Shown in pieces: positions 12,012 through 25,252 of a DNA stretch of 64,000 nucleotides (positions are counted from its first letter, which is position 1; every line of letters starts with the position of its first letter). The notes beneath the pieces are model-generated. The model ran no database searches. It was given only the letters and a program-made list of their open reading frames with translations, and was not told where the DNA came from. The stretch is from assembly GCA_964016885.1 (NCBI GenBank), contig OZ024740.1, positions 260,648,001 to 260,712,000 on the forward strand. Reading direction: 5' to 3'. The position numbers were made by a program, and so were the translations under genes. Origin of the DNA: Eledone cirrhosa (lineage: Eukaryota).

Positions 12012-12598
12012 TCTTAGTCTTAGATTCTTCCGCGCCGTTCGGCGCATCAAGCAGTAGGTACTTGCCAACGGTCACGATCAGCGGCAACTTTTTCGAGACC
12101 GTGCCAGGTGATGTTGGCTGCCATCAGGTCCTTCCGGAACGTTCGTCGCCAGGTGATCCTTGGGCAACCCCGCCTCCGTTTACCGCCAAGCGGAGTCCAG
12201 TTCATCGTTGTTTCCGAATGCCGTTCATTTGGCAGACGCAGAATATGGCCAGCCACGCGGCACCGACGCTCCGTGACCACTCTCTGTAGCGTCCACGACT
12301 CAGCTCTCCGCAGGATCTCCTCGTTTCGCACTCAGTCGCGCCAGGACACACGAAGGATCTTTCGCAGGCACGGCTGGTGGAAAGCGTTCAGCCGTTTCTC
12401 TATTTTTGCCATACTCTTCCAGGTCTCGCTCACAAAAAAACACTGTCGGAGGCATGATGCTCTTGTACAGGTGGAGCTTGGTCTTGGTGCTAATGCATGA
12501 AGACAACCAGACTGGTCACAGCCCCTGAAAAACTGCAGCTCCTTTGCCGATCCGACAGTTGATGTTGAGCTCTGCGTCGCCGCTGCTTGTCAGGATGC
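12012..12598 (-). mobile_element. RTE LINE 3' fragment, GC/CpG-rich family
   Basis: ORF 12047-12331 AGHILRLPNER..WTPLGGKRRRGCPRITWRRTFRKDL..AADRDRW; flanked by (TA)n. Confidence 0.9.
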
Positions 12599-12614
12599 AT
12601 ATATATATGTATGA

Positions 12615-12850
12615 ATATATATTTATTAAGATAATAGATTAAAGTTTAAGCAAAGAATCGCTGCTTTCACCCTTAACAGGATCTTCTGAAACTCAGAAGA
12701 TCCTGTTAAGGGTGAAAGTAGCAATTCTTTGCTTAAACTTTAATCTGTTATTTTAATAAATATTTGCTCTAGGGTTTTTATATATTTGATATATATTTAT
12801 CCTTATCGAGCCCTCTTTGGATTTTAGTCTTCACATTTATTATTATATGT
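12615..12850. mobile_element. Fold-back element with hammerhead-like variant (CAGAAGA core; 12643-12693 on minus strand)
   Basis: ~70 bp inverted arms centred near 12691; AGTTT-CAGAAGA-TCCTGTTAAGGGT-GAA-AGCA..TGCT-T-AAACT. Confidence 0.7.
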
Positions 12851-12890
12851 ATATATATATATGTATGTCTCTCTCTCTATATATATATAT

Positions 12891-12992
12891 AATACAATAT
12901 GTAGAAAGGATAACACACTAGAGGGAGAGAGTGTGTGCGATCGAGCATACACTCTCTCTCTCTAGTGTGTTATCCTTTCTACATATTGTATT
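12891..12992. repeat. Near-perfect hairpin with ~45 bp arms
   Basis: aatacaatatgtagaaaggataacacactagag... / ...ctctagtgtgttatcctttctacatattgtatt. Confidence 0.9.
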
Positions 12993-13097
12993 TTGAAGAG
13001 CCCAGGATTCCTTTTCCTTTGAGCACATAATTTACAGGGACTAATGCAAGTTTATTGACTCCGTTAATATGTATATATATATATATATATACATGTG

Positions 13098-13150
<53 letters not shown>

Positions 13151-13280
13151 GTGTGTGTGTGTGTGTGTGTATCGCAACGGCAAGAGCTCAAATATTGGGC
13201 CTCCCCGACTCTCTCTCTCTCTATGTATCTATGTATAGATATATATATATGTATACATATATATATATATATATACATAC

Positions 13281-13312
<32 letters not shown>

Positions 13313-13334
13313 ATGTGTACATATATATATATAT

Positions 13335-13550
13335 CATCATCATCATTTTACATCCATTCTTCCACACTAGCATGGGTTAGACGGTTTGTCCTGTTGTGGG
13401 TGATGTTAGGTTGGGTGACCTTGTCTTGCTCATATGGGAACTGATTTTGGCTTGATTTCTACAGCTGGATGCCCTTCCAAACACCAACCTTATTTACAGT
13501 GAGTGCTGGGTGCTTTTTTGCCGTGGCACCTCCACGACCACTTTGCAGTG
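13335..13550 (-). mobile_element. SINE family 1, 3' part with alternative (RTE-C-type) tail
   Basis: Matches 38920-39180; tail TTCTTCCACACTAGCATGGGTTAGAC. Confidence 0.8.
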
Positions 13551-13589
13551 GGAGGGTGTGGGGGCATATTGTCTATATGCTTCAGCTTC

Positions 13590-15380
13590 GGCTTGTACCC
13601 ATGGGAGGTTGCGTACTCTGTATTACTGCGTGACGCCAGAGGTCTCGGTCCTGTGTCATGGCCCTTGAGAGGTGCAATTGGGCAAGGTCGGCTTTTATCA
13701 CCTCATCCAAGGTCTTCCTGGGTCTCCCCACTCCACTGCTTCCATCAGCTTTTAGTGCTCTGCACCTTTTTATGCAGCTCTCATCCTTCATACACATCAC
13801 ATGTCCATACCAACGCATCCTCCTCTCCTGCACACAGCATTTGATTCCTCTTATGCTCAGTCTCTCTCTCAGCTCACTTATACTTTGCCGTTTGCGTATA
13901 TAACTATTACACATCCATCGAAGCATGCAAGCTTCGTTTCTTTCTAATCTAGACAAGTCTTCTACAGACAGCGCCCAGGTTTCACTTCCATGTAACATTG
14001 CTGTTCGTATGCATGCATCAAACAGTCTGCTTTTCATTTTGAGGGAAAAGCCTTTTGCAGCTACCAGTGGCCTGATCTTCTTCCATCCTGTTCTTACCCT
14101 AGTTATTGTACTTTCTGAATGCCCACCTGCTCTGCTAATTTGGTCACCTAGGTAGCAGAAGCTGTCTACTGTTTCTATAGAGCCAGCCTAGAGTTTGATA
14201 GTGCTTGTTTCCTGTGGCTGTTTGCTGCTTACTGTCCCGGTGCAGCTGCTACATGTAAAGCCTACATTCCTAACTAAGCTTCCTGAGCTCGCACTACATC
14301 TTTTGTGTACCCATAATCTGCATTTGGGGCAGAGTATGGAATTCCTACCTACACCTTTCCTACATACTGAGCAAGGCCATTTCCCAGAGGGGATTTGTGT
14401 TCTGTTTTCTCATCTACTTACGAGGACCTTAGTCTTTGTCAGGTTGACTTTGAGACGCCTTCTTTCTAGTCCCTGCTTCCATGTTTGGAATTTCTTCTTT
14501 AGTTCTGCCATAGATTCAGCTATAAGTGTAAGATCATCTGCATACAGAAGTTCCCAGGGGCATCGGTCTTAAACTCTTCTGTTATTGCCTGCAATATTAT
14601 AATAAACAGGAGAGGGCTAAGACCAAAGTCCTGATGAACATTGACATGTATGCTAAATTCCTTGCTATAGTCATTGTTAACTCTAACTTTGCTGACTGCT
14701 CCCCTATACATAGCTTGTATGGCTTTCACAAGCCATTCATCTACTCCTAGTTTTCTAAGAGCCCACCAGATTATAACATGGGGCACTCAGGCTTTTTCTA
14801 GATCGACAAATGCCAAGTAGAGCGGCTTTCTTTTAGCTAGATACTTTTCCTGTAACTGCCTCACAAAGAAGAGGGCATCAGTGGTGCTTTTTCCTGGCAC
14901 AAACCCAAACTGTATCTCATCTAGTTTTACCCGGTCCCTAATCAACTGTACTTTCCGTTACTTTCATGACCAGGTCCATCAGCTTTATACCTCTATAGTT
15001 TCCTCTATCTAGTGCATCTCCTTTACCCTTGTAGCAGTTAACAATGATGCTGCTGCACCAATCCTTTGGTATGATACCCTCTAGTATTACCTGGCTAACA
15101 ATACGTGTGGTTATAGTGTGACCTACCAACCTAGATGCTTTCAGCATCTCAGCAGCTATACCCGATGGACTGGTTGCCTTCCCCGTCTTCATATCTTTAA
15201 TTGCCTTACTTACTACGCTGCTGCTGACTCGTATTGCTGGCCCCTCTATAGGGTCCAATTGGAGTAGAGTCTCTTTCTCCCATGCATTCTACTCATTTAA
15301 TAATCTTTCATAATGGCTCTTCCACACAGCTTTCTTCTCGGCACTTGTGAGAGCAAGCTCACCTTTATCATTCCAGACAC
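13590..15380 (-). mobile_element. RTE LINE family C (RT, Cys-rich insert, C-terminus), decayed
   Basis: ORFs 14938-15258 (NCYKGKGDALDRGNYRGIKL), 14520-14786 and 13582-14037 (MLHGSETW..RMRWYGHV..GRPRKT). Confidence 0.92.
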
Positions 15381-15382
15381 GG

Positions 15383-15427
<45 letters not shown>

Positions 15428-15489
15428 CATATATATATAATATATATATATACATATATATATATACATATATATCTAGTGCATGTAAA

Positions 15490-15970
15490 ATTCCCGAGAT
15501 CCATGGACAAGTTCTCTCTAGCGGCCTCTGTCCCTCATTATCGCTGCCATGCCCTCTGTCTCCAAGAGACCAGTGTCTGTCCTTAGGGCATCAACATATG
15601 TTAACCTCGGTCTTCCCCTTCCAATGTGTCCATGCAGGGGCTCCCACAGGAGCACTAAGTGCAGTGTCAACTCTGGATGTCGGTGAGCATGTCCAGCTGA
15701 CCTCAGTCTCCTCTGTGTCAAACACAATTGAGGAGGCAGAGGATTTAATGCAGGAAGTGGAGACTATGTCGATGAGTGTGGGGGTGAGAATGTATGAGAT
15801 TAAGACGAAATATCTGGTGGAGAATATTAAGAAGACAGAGAAGATTACTAATGTAGGCAGGAAGCCGTTGGAATTGATTGAGGACTTCCTGTATTTGGGA
15901 GCAAAGATTAGGAATATGGAAGATGATGTGGTCGAGAGGAAGAGCAAAGCCTGGGCAGTGTGCGACAGCA
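15490..15970. mobile_element. RTEX-like LINE fragment with inverted 5' part
   Basis: Minus strand 15518-15715 RRLRSAGHAHRHPEL..LLWEPLHG..GRPRLTYVDAL; plus strand 15720-15970 EDFLYLGAKI..ERKSKAWAVC. Confidence 0.75.
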
Positions 15971-15971
15971 C

Positions 15972-16027
<56 letters not shown>

Positions 16028-16407
16028 TGCCAATACTGGAATTGAATAATCAAAACCGTAGCGGTATGTCACATATCAAATCATATATTTTGTCTGATAA
16101 AAACGTACTTATACATCATTGTACCTTTGAAATATGTATAATAAAATATATATTTTGATTATGAGAATATTTTTCAATATAATAACATTTTGAATAATAT
16201 TAAAAACTCCAGGAAAATCTCTTGTTGAGTGCTTCTAATCTAATGTAATATTGTATTCATTGAGTAATCAACGAAACATATTAATCTTTGGTTATATATA
16301 TATATACATACATATATACATATACATATGTGACATATATATATATATATATATACACATATATATATATATTTATATATATATATACATATATGTGTAT
16401 GTATATG

Positions 16408-16438
<31 letters not shown>

Positions 16439-16454
16439 ATATATATATATATAT

Positions 16455-16848
16455 CATCATCATTATCATCATGTTTTTACGTCCGCTTTTCCCTGCTTGC
16501 AAGGGTGGGACGGGAACTGATTCTGGCTTGATTTCTACATCTGGATGCCCTTCCTAACACCAACCTCATTTACAGTGAGTGCTGGGTGCTTTTTTGCCGT
16601 GGCACATACACATCCACTTTACAGTGTGGGCTGGGTGCTTTTTTGCCGTGGCACCTCCACGACCACTTTGCAGTGGAATGATATGGACCCCAGTCCCTAT
16701 CATCTTATTTCTACAGCTGAGTAAACTGGAGCAATGTGAAATAAAGTGTCTTGCTCAAGGAAACAACACATCACCCGGTCTGAGAATTGAACTCACAACC
16801 TTTCGATTGCAAGCCCAATGCTCTAACCACTAAGCCATGTGCCTCCAT
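16455..16848 (-). mobile_element. SINE family 1, full length (two internal repeat units)
   Basis: Near-identical to 7135 and 57099 copies, with the internal ~47 bp unit duplicated. Confidence 0.9.
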
Positions 16849-17189
16849 AAGACATTTGATGCGTCGGCTGAGCCCAAGCATTTGTGAAGGTGTGTGGCTG
16901 AGTGGTTAGAGAATTGGATTCACAATCTTGAGGCTATATTTGTTATTTGTACTTTGTAAAGTAGGTAGATAGATAGATACACTTGGTAGATAGATAGATA
17001 AGTATGTAGGTAGATAAGTGGATTGTTTGGTAGGAAGGTAGGCAGGTAAGGTAGTTTGGTAGGTAGGCTGGTAGATAGACAGTCTGACAATGTCATCAAA
17101 CTTGTCGCAGGTGGAGACTTTCTGACATTTGTGCCCCCAACCCACCCCAGTATCACCTCACTGGTATGGGTGGGGAAGGATGGCAGAGT

Positions 17190-17310
17190 TGGCCACCCAT
17201 AGGTGTGATCTCCTCCCCTTTCCCCAGGTTGGAATGGCTATTTCAGCAGGTCTCCCTTGCTACCCTCCTGCATTACACTTCCTCCATTCTGTCCACTACA
17301 ACTATGAAGC
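17190..17310 (+). mobile_element. CRE-like 3' fragment, diverged
   Basis: RLEWLFQQVSLATLLHYTSSILS aligns to the copies at 88 and 6325. Confidence 0.5.
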
Positions 17311-17327
17311 AGTTTACTCTCAGATTA

Positions 17328-17732
17328 TCAAGGCAGCTTGCACCTGAGGTTCTGTGTATCACAGAGCATTCTTCCACACCGAGGCAGCCTATACCTGGTG
17401 TTCTTTGCAGTACAGACCATTTTTCCACACCAAAGCAGCTTGCATCTGGTATTCTGTGCAGTACAGACCATTCTCCCACACCAAGGCAGCTTGCATCTGG
17501 TATTCTGTCCAGTACCGATCATTCTCCCACACCAAGGCAGCTTGCATCTTGTGTTCTGTGCAGTACAGACCATTCTCCCACACCAAGGCAGCTTGCATCT
17601 GGTATTCTGTCCAGTACCGATCATTCTCCCACACCAAGGCAGCTTGCATCTGGTATTCTGTGCAGTACAGACTATTCTCCCACACCAAGGCAGCTTGCAC
17701 CTGCAGTTTTGTGCAGTACAAACCATTCTCCT
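17328..17732. repeat. 51-bp minisatellite, about 8 units
   Basis: Unit CCAAGGCAGCTTGCATCTGGTATTCTGTGCAGTACAGACCATTCTCCCACA. Confidence 0.95.
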
Positions 17733-18294
17733 ATCCCCCCCACTGTCTGGCTCATATCATTGGGGTAGCAATGACTGAATATTCTTTCTCATATTTTTGT
17801 TGTAGTTGGAAGAGTTTTTTCTTAAAGCTTAATTACAGAGCAGTTTCAATTCTTCAAATTGAGAATCATGGCTGTTGTAAGTGTGAACAGGATATATGTT
17901 TGACACCAGTTTTGATAAGGTCATATTCACTTACTTTGGCCATAGTGAAGTACAAGGGCCATTAGTATCTCTTTGCTTGACATATAATATCATACTCGTC
18001 CTCCTTCCCTCTTATTGACCTCCCTCTCTTTCTCTCGCTCACACACACACTTACTCCTCTCCTTTCACCCCTCTCTCTCTTTAATATTTCTTCTCGTTAC
18101 TCCCTCCCTCTATATATATATATATATCACTCTCTCTTTCTCTCACACACACCTCAACATATATCTATAGACTGATCCAAAACTCAGTATGTGTCAACAA
18201 TATAAAGTATACATTCTCAAGTATAATGTTGCTTAGTGCATCACAACTGTCATCCACTATACTGCTAGACAAAATCCCCCCACCTCGTGTCTCT

Positions 18295-21200
18295 GTAAAC
18301 ACCATATTGCTAGACGGAGGGGTCACTGTGTCCACATACACACCATATTGCTAGACAGGGGACACTGTGTCCACATAAACACCATATTGCAAGACAGAGA
18401 GGTCACTGTGTCCACATAAACACCATATTGCTAGACAGAGGGGTCACTGTGTCCACATAAACACCATATTGCTAGACAGAGGGGTCACTGTGTCTACATA
18501 CACACCATATTGCTAGACAGAGGGGTCACTGTGTCCACATAAACACCATATTGCTAGACAGAGGGGTCACTGTGTCCACATAAACACCATATTGCTAGAC
18601 AGAGAGGTCACTGTGTCCACATACACACCATATTTCTAGACAGAGGGGTCACTGTGTCCACATAAACACCATATTGCTAGACAGAGAGGTCACTGTGTCC
18701 ACATAAACACCATATTGCTAGACAGAGGGGTCACTGTGTCCACATAAACACCATATTGCTAGACAGGGGTCACTGTGTCTACATACACACCATATTGCTA
18801 GACAGAGAGGTCACTGTGTCCACATAAACACCATATTGCTAGACAGAGGGGTCACTGTGTCCACATAAACACCATATTGCTAGACAGAGAGGTCACTGTG
18901 TCCACATACACACCATATTTCTAGACAGAGGGGTCACTGTGTCCACATAAACACCATATTGCTAGACAGAGGGGTCACTGTGTCCACATAAACACCATAT
19001 TGCTAGACAGAGAGGTCACTGTGTCCACATAAACACCATATTGCTAGACAGAGGGGTCACTGTGTCCACATAAACACCATATTGCTAGACAGGGGTCACT
19101 GTGTCTACATACACACCATATTGCTAGACAGAGAGGTCACTGTGTCCACATAAACACCATATTGCTAGACAGAGGGGTCACTGTGTCCACATGAACACCA
19201 TATTGCTAGACAGAGGGTCACTGTGTCCACATAAACACCATATTGCTAGACAGAGGGTTCACTGTGTCCACATAAACACCATATTGCTAGACAGAGGGTC
19301 ACTGTGTCCACATAAACACCATATTGCTAGACAGAGGGTTCACTGTGTCCACATAAACACCATATTGCTAGACAGAGGGGTCACTGTGTCCACATAAACA
19401 CCATATTGCTAGACAGAGGGGTCACTGTGTCCACATAAACACCATATTGCTAGACAGAGGGGTCACTGTGTCCACATAAACACCATATTGCTAGACAGAG
19501 AGGTCACTGTGTCCACATAAACACCATATTGCTAGACAGGGGTCACTGTGTCCACATACACACCATATTGTTAGACAGAGAGGTCACTGTGTCCACATAA
19601 ACACCATATTGCTAGACAGAGGGGTCACTGTGTCCACATACACACCATGTTGTTAGACAGAGAGGTCACTGTGTCCACATAAACACCATATTGCTAGACA
19701 GAGGGGTCACTGTGTCCACATACACACCATATTGTTAGACAGAGAGGTCACTGTGTCCACATAAACACCATATTGCTAGACAGAGGGGTCACTGTGTCCA
19801 CATACACACCATATTGTTAGACAGAGAGGTCACTGTGTCCACATAAACACCATATTGCTAGACAGAGGGGTCACTGTGTCCACATAAACACCATATTGCT
19901 AGACAGAGAGGTCACTGTGTCCACATAAACACCCTATTGCTAGACCGAGGGTCACTGTGTCCACATAAACATCATGTTGCTAGACAGAGAGGTCACTGTG
20001 TCCACATACACACCATATTGCTAGACAGAGGGGTCACTGTGTCCACATAAACACCATATTGCTAGACAGAGGGTCACTGTGTCCACATACACACCATATT
20101 GCTAGACAGAGGGGTCACTGTGTCCACATAAACACCATATTGCTAGACAGAGAGGTCACTGTGTCCAAATAAACACCATATTGCTAGACAGAGGGGTCAC
20201 TGTGTCCACATAAACACCATATTGCTAGACAGAGGGTTCACTGTGTACACATAAACACCATATTGCTAGACAGAGGGGTCACTGTGTCCACATAAACACC
20301 ATATTGCTAGACAGAGGGGTCACTGTGTCCACATAAACACCATATTGCTAGACAGAGAGGTCACTGTGTCCACATAAACACCATATTGCTAGACAGAGGG
20401 GTCACTGTGTCCACATAAACACCATATTGCTAGACAGAGGGGTCACTGTGTCCACATAAACACCATATTGCTAGACAGAGAGATCACTGTGTCCACATAA
20501 ACACCATATTGCTAGACAGAGGGGTCACTGTGTCTACATACAAACCATATTGCTAGACAGAGGGGTCACTGTGTCCACATAAACACCATATTGCTAGACA
20601 GAGGGGTCACTGTGTCCACATAAACATCATGTTGCTAGACAGAGAGGTCACTATGTCCACATACACACCATATTGCTAGACAGAGGGGTCACTGTGTCCA
20701 CATAAACACCATATTGCTAGACAGAGGGTCACTGTGTCCACATACACACCATATTGCTAGACAGAGGGGTCACTGTGTCCACATAAACACCATATTGCTA
20801 GACAGAGAGGTCACTGTGTCCAAATAAACACCATATTGCTAGACAGAGGGGTCACTGTGTCCACATAAACACCATATTGCTAGACAGAGGGTTCACTGTG
20901 TACACATAAACACCATATTGCTAGACAGAGGGGTCACTGTGTCCACATAAACACCATATTGCTAGACAGAGGGGTCACTGTGTCCACATAAACACCATAT
21001 TGCTAGACAGAGAGGTCACTGTGTCCACATAAACACCATATTGCTAGACAGAGGGGTCACTGTGTCCACATAAACACCATATTGCTAGACAGAGGGGTCA
21101 CTGTGTCCACATAAACACCATATTGCTAGACAGAGGGGTCACTGTGTCCACATAAACACCATATTGCTAGACAGAGGGGTCACTGTGTCCACATACACAC

Positions 21201-23685
21201 CATATTGCTAGACAGAGGGGTCACTGTGTCCACATACACACCATATTGCTAGACAGAGGGGTCACTGTGTCCACATAAACACCATATTGCTAGACAGAGG
21301 GGTCACTGTGTCCACATACACACCATATTGTTAGACAGAGGGGTCACTGTGTCCACATAAACACCATATTGCTAGACAGAGAGATCACTGTGTCCACATA
21401 AACACCATATTGCTAGACAGAGAGGTCACTGTGTCCACATAAACACCATATTGCTAGACATAGGGGTCACTGTGTCCACATACACACCATATTGTTAGAC
21501 AGAGAGGTCACTGTGTCCACATAAACACCATATTGCTAGACAGAGGGGTCACTGTGTCCACATAAACACCATATTGCTAGACGGAGGGGTCACTGTGTCC
21601 ACATAAACACCATATTGCTAGACAGAGGGGTCACTGTGTCCACATACACACCATATTGCTAGACAGAGGGGTCACTGTGTCCACATAAACACCATATTGC
21701 TAGACAGAGGGGTCACTGTGTCCACATAAACACCATATTGCTAGACAGAGGGGTCACTGTGTCCACATACACACCATATTGCTAGACAGAGGGGTCACTG
21801 TGTCCACATAAACACCATATTGCTAGACAGGGGTCACTGTGTCTACATAAACACCATATTGCTAGACAGAGAGGTCACTGTGTCCACATACACACCATAT
21901 TGTTAGACAGAGAGGTCACTATGTCCACATAAACACCATATTGCTAGACATAGGGGTCACTGTGTCCACATACACACCATATTGTTAGACAGAGAGGTCA
22001 CTGTGTCCACATAAACACCATATTGCTAGACAGAGGGGTCACTGTGTCCACATAAACACCATATTGCTAGACAGAGAGGTTACTGTGTCCACATAAACAC
22101 CCTATTGCTAGACAGAGGGGTCACTGTGTCCACATAAACACCATATTGCTAGACAGAGGGGTCACTGTGTCCACATAAACACCATATTGCTAGACAGAGA
22201 GGTCACTGTGTCCACATAAACACCATATTGCTAGACAGAGGGGTCACTGTGTCCACATAAACACCATATTGCTAGACAGAGGGGTCACTGTGTCCACATA
22301 AACACCATATTGCTAGACCGAGGGTCACTGTGTCCACATAAACACCATATTGCTAGACATAGGGGTCACTGTGTCCACATAAACACCATATTGCTAGACA
22401 GAGGGGTCACTGTGTCCACATAAACACCATATTGCTAGACAGAGGGGTCACTGTGTCCACATAAACACCATATTGCTAGACCGAGGGTCACTGTGTCCAC
22501 ATAAACACCATATTGCTAGACAGAGGGGTCACTGTGTCCACATAAACACCATATTGCTAGACAGAGAGGTCACTGTGTCCACATAAACACCATATTGCTA
22601 GACTGAGGGTCACTGTGTCCACATAAACACCATATTGCTAGACCGAGGGTCACTGTGTCCACATACACACCATATTGCTAGACATAGGGGTCACTGTGTC
22701 CACATAAACACCATATTGTTAGATAGAGAGATCACTGTGTCCACATAAACACCATATTGCTAGACAGAGGGGTCACTGTGTCCACATAAACACCATATTG
22801 CTAGACAGAGAGGTCACTGTGTCCACATAAACACCATATTGCTAGACAGAGGGGTCACTGTGTCCACATAAACACCATATTGCTAGACAGAGGGGTCACT
22901 GTGTCCACATAAACACCATATTGCTAGACGGAGGGTCACTGTGCCCACATAAACACCATATTGCTAGACAGAGGGGTCACTGTGTCCACATAAACACCAT
23001 ATTGCTAGACAGAGGGGTCACTGTGTCCACATAAACACCATATTGCTAGACAGAGGGGTCACTGTGTCCACATAAACACCATATTGCTAGACGGAGGGTC
23101 ACTGTGCCCACATAAACACCATATTGCTAGACAGAGGGGTCACTGTGTCCACATAAACACGATATTGCTAGACAGAGGGGTCACTGTGTCCACATAAACA
23201 CCATATTGCTAGACCGAGGGTCACTGTGTCCACATAAACACCATATTGCTAGACAGAGGGGTCACTGTGTCCACATAAACACCATATTGCTAGACAGAGG
23301 GGTCACTGTGTCCACATACACACCATATTGCTAGACAGAGGGGTCACTGTGCCCACATAAACACCATATTGCTGGACATAGGGGTCACTGTGCCCACATA
23401 AACACCATATTGCTAGACATAGGGGTCACTGTGTCCACATAAACACCATATTGCTAGACAGGGGTCACTGTGTCCACATAAACACCATATTGCTGGACAT
23501 AGGGGTCACTGTGCCCACATAAACACCATATTGCTAGACATAGGGGTCACTGTGTCCACATAAACACCATATTGCTAGACAGGGGTCACTGTGTCCACAT
23601 AAACACCATATTGCTAGACATAGGGGTCACTGTGCCCACATAAACACCATATTGCTAGACATAGGGGTCACTGTGTCATCATAAA
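18295..23685. repeat. 41-bp satellite array, about 130 units
   Basis: Unit CACCATATTGCTAGACAGAGGGGTCACTGTGTCCACATAAA, period 41, with 39-40 bp variants. Confidence 0.99.
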
Positions 23686-23724
23686 CTCTGTTGTTAACAC
23701 TCTGGTCTCTTTCTTTCCAATAAG

Positions 23725-23771
23725 ACAAAGAAGGAGGACATCTGTACAAAACATCCAATGAATATTTCAGG
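23725..23771 (+). other. Candidate host-gene exon (47 nt)
   Basis: Acceptor tctctttctttccaataag, donor CAGG/gtatgt; frame TKKEDICTKHPMNISG continues open into the 26075 exon. Confidence 0.45.
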
Positions 23772-23900
23772 GTATGTTCTAATTATTTTTCCTTAACTTT
23801 TAAAACAAACAAACACAAGCTTGGCATTTAAACTTTTCCTAAAATTTTACCACAAACACCAGAAATTATGATGGAAGGTTTTCTGATAAATATAAATACT

Positions 23901-24140
23901 TTAACCTTTTCATGATCACATTTCTAATGAAATACACTCTATTTTAATAAATTAATGAAGAATTTTGAAGGATTTACTAAACTTATTAACTATTTCATTA
24001 CTCAGATAGTAACTTAATGTAAGGTTCTTATATAAAATTATTATGGGATATTTTAATTTAAATTGGAAACCTTTAAAGTGGGTGGTTTTATTTCATAGCA
24101 CCAGAGCAGATTTTGGTCGGGTTAGTAACTAAAGGGTTAA
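23901..24140. mobile_element. TTAA-type MITE
   Basis: TTAA-CCTTTT ... AAAGGG-TTAA, 240 bp. Confidence 0.7.
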
Positions 24141-24809
24141 AATAAAGTTTTGTATCATAGAGTGAGAGCACGTGGCCTTGTGGCTAGTTAAGCTGGAGTC
24201 ATAATCACATTGTTGTGGGAGTGATTCCTGCACTGAGTGATGGATTGTGCTCTTGAGCAAGATAATTTATTTTTTAAAGTAGAATAGTTAATATGAAGCA
24301 TTGTGAGATATGTAATAAATGACTGATATGTTTGTAAGAAAGCCAGTACAATGCAGTAGAAATATATAAAGGGTAAAGGATGACAAACAAAACAAAATAA
24401 TGTTTTTCTTACTCTGTATATTTTAACATATTTCAAATGCAAAACCAAAAACGAACAATCCAGGAGTTGTAACTAACAGATAGTATAACTATGGAAAGAC
24501 CAATGGAAACATAGCTTCCTTGGTCCGATCTGATGATTGGCTCTTTTCCTTTTCTTTGTATCATAAGACTAGCGGTCATTTTTAGACTGTTTCATATCAT
24601 GGAGATGTGGCTGCTGTTTCTAGCAAGTCAAACAACCACATAGGATCTTCTAGAAAGTTCTATTGAATTGTTTGCAATATGGAAGGAAGTTGTTTCTGTT
24701 GCTTCCTGGCTTCTAACTGATATATATTGCCAAATATTGCTAGGATTGGTAGCTGGTGACTCATGCTTACACTATTTTCATCACCCACTCCTGCTTCTTG
24801 TAAAGGCTG

Positions 24810-25080
24810 TTGAAGATGATGGTGGCATTGTTGGGGTTGTTGTTGGTGTTATTGATGGTTGTGGTGGTGGTGATGTTATTGGTGTTATTGATGGTTGTGG
24901 TGGTGGTGGTGGTGATGTTGGAGATGGTGATGTTATTGGTGTTGATATTGTTGTTCATGATGGTAGTGGTGGGGTGATGGTGGTGGTGGCGGTGGGGATG
25001 ATGACTGAGAATTTGTCTGTGATACTGATATTGTTGTAGGCGGAGATGATGTTGCTGGTGGTGTTGTTGTTGCTATTGCT
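24810..25080. repeat. Degenerate (GGT/GAT/GTT)n trinucleotide repeat
   Basis: Directly visible; explains ORF 24668-25039. Confidence 0.85.
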
Positions 25081-25252
25081 CACTGTGAAAAGTCATGTCT
25101 CACTGAGTTCCAATTTGGAAATAGTTTCTTATAAGAATACCTTATAAAAAAAAGTATATATTTATTTTTTAACCAACAAAAAAGGCTTTGGAATATTTGA
25201 AAGCCTGCCCTGCCTGGAATAGAATGCTTTGCAGTATTCATTTCACTTTTGG

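Noticed and set aside
15313-16158. Longest ORF (281 aa) as a host gene
   Set aside because: Chimeric read-through of microsatellites, antisense LINE sequence and an RTEX-like fragment
18295-23685. CRISPR array
   Set aside because: Head-to-tail 41-bp units with no unique spacers, no cas genes, and a eukaryotic context
18295-23685. RAG/Transib recombination signal (CACTGTG/CACAGTG heptamer in every unit)
   Set aside because: No ACAAAAACC-like nonamer at 12 or 23 bp spacing; a single chance heptamer amplified with the unit
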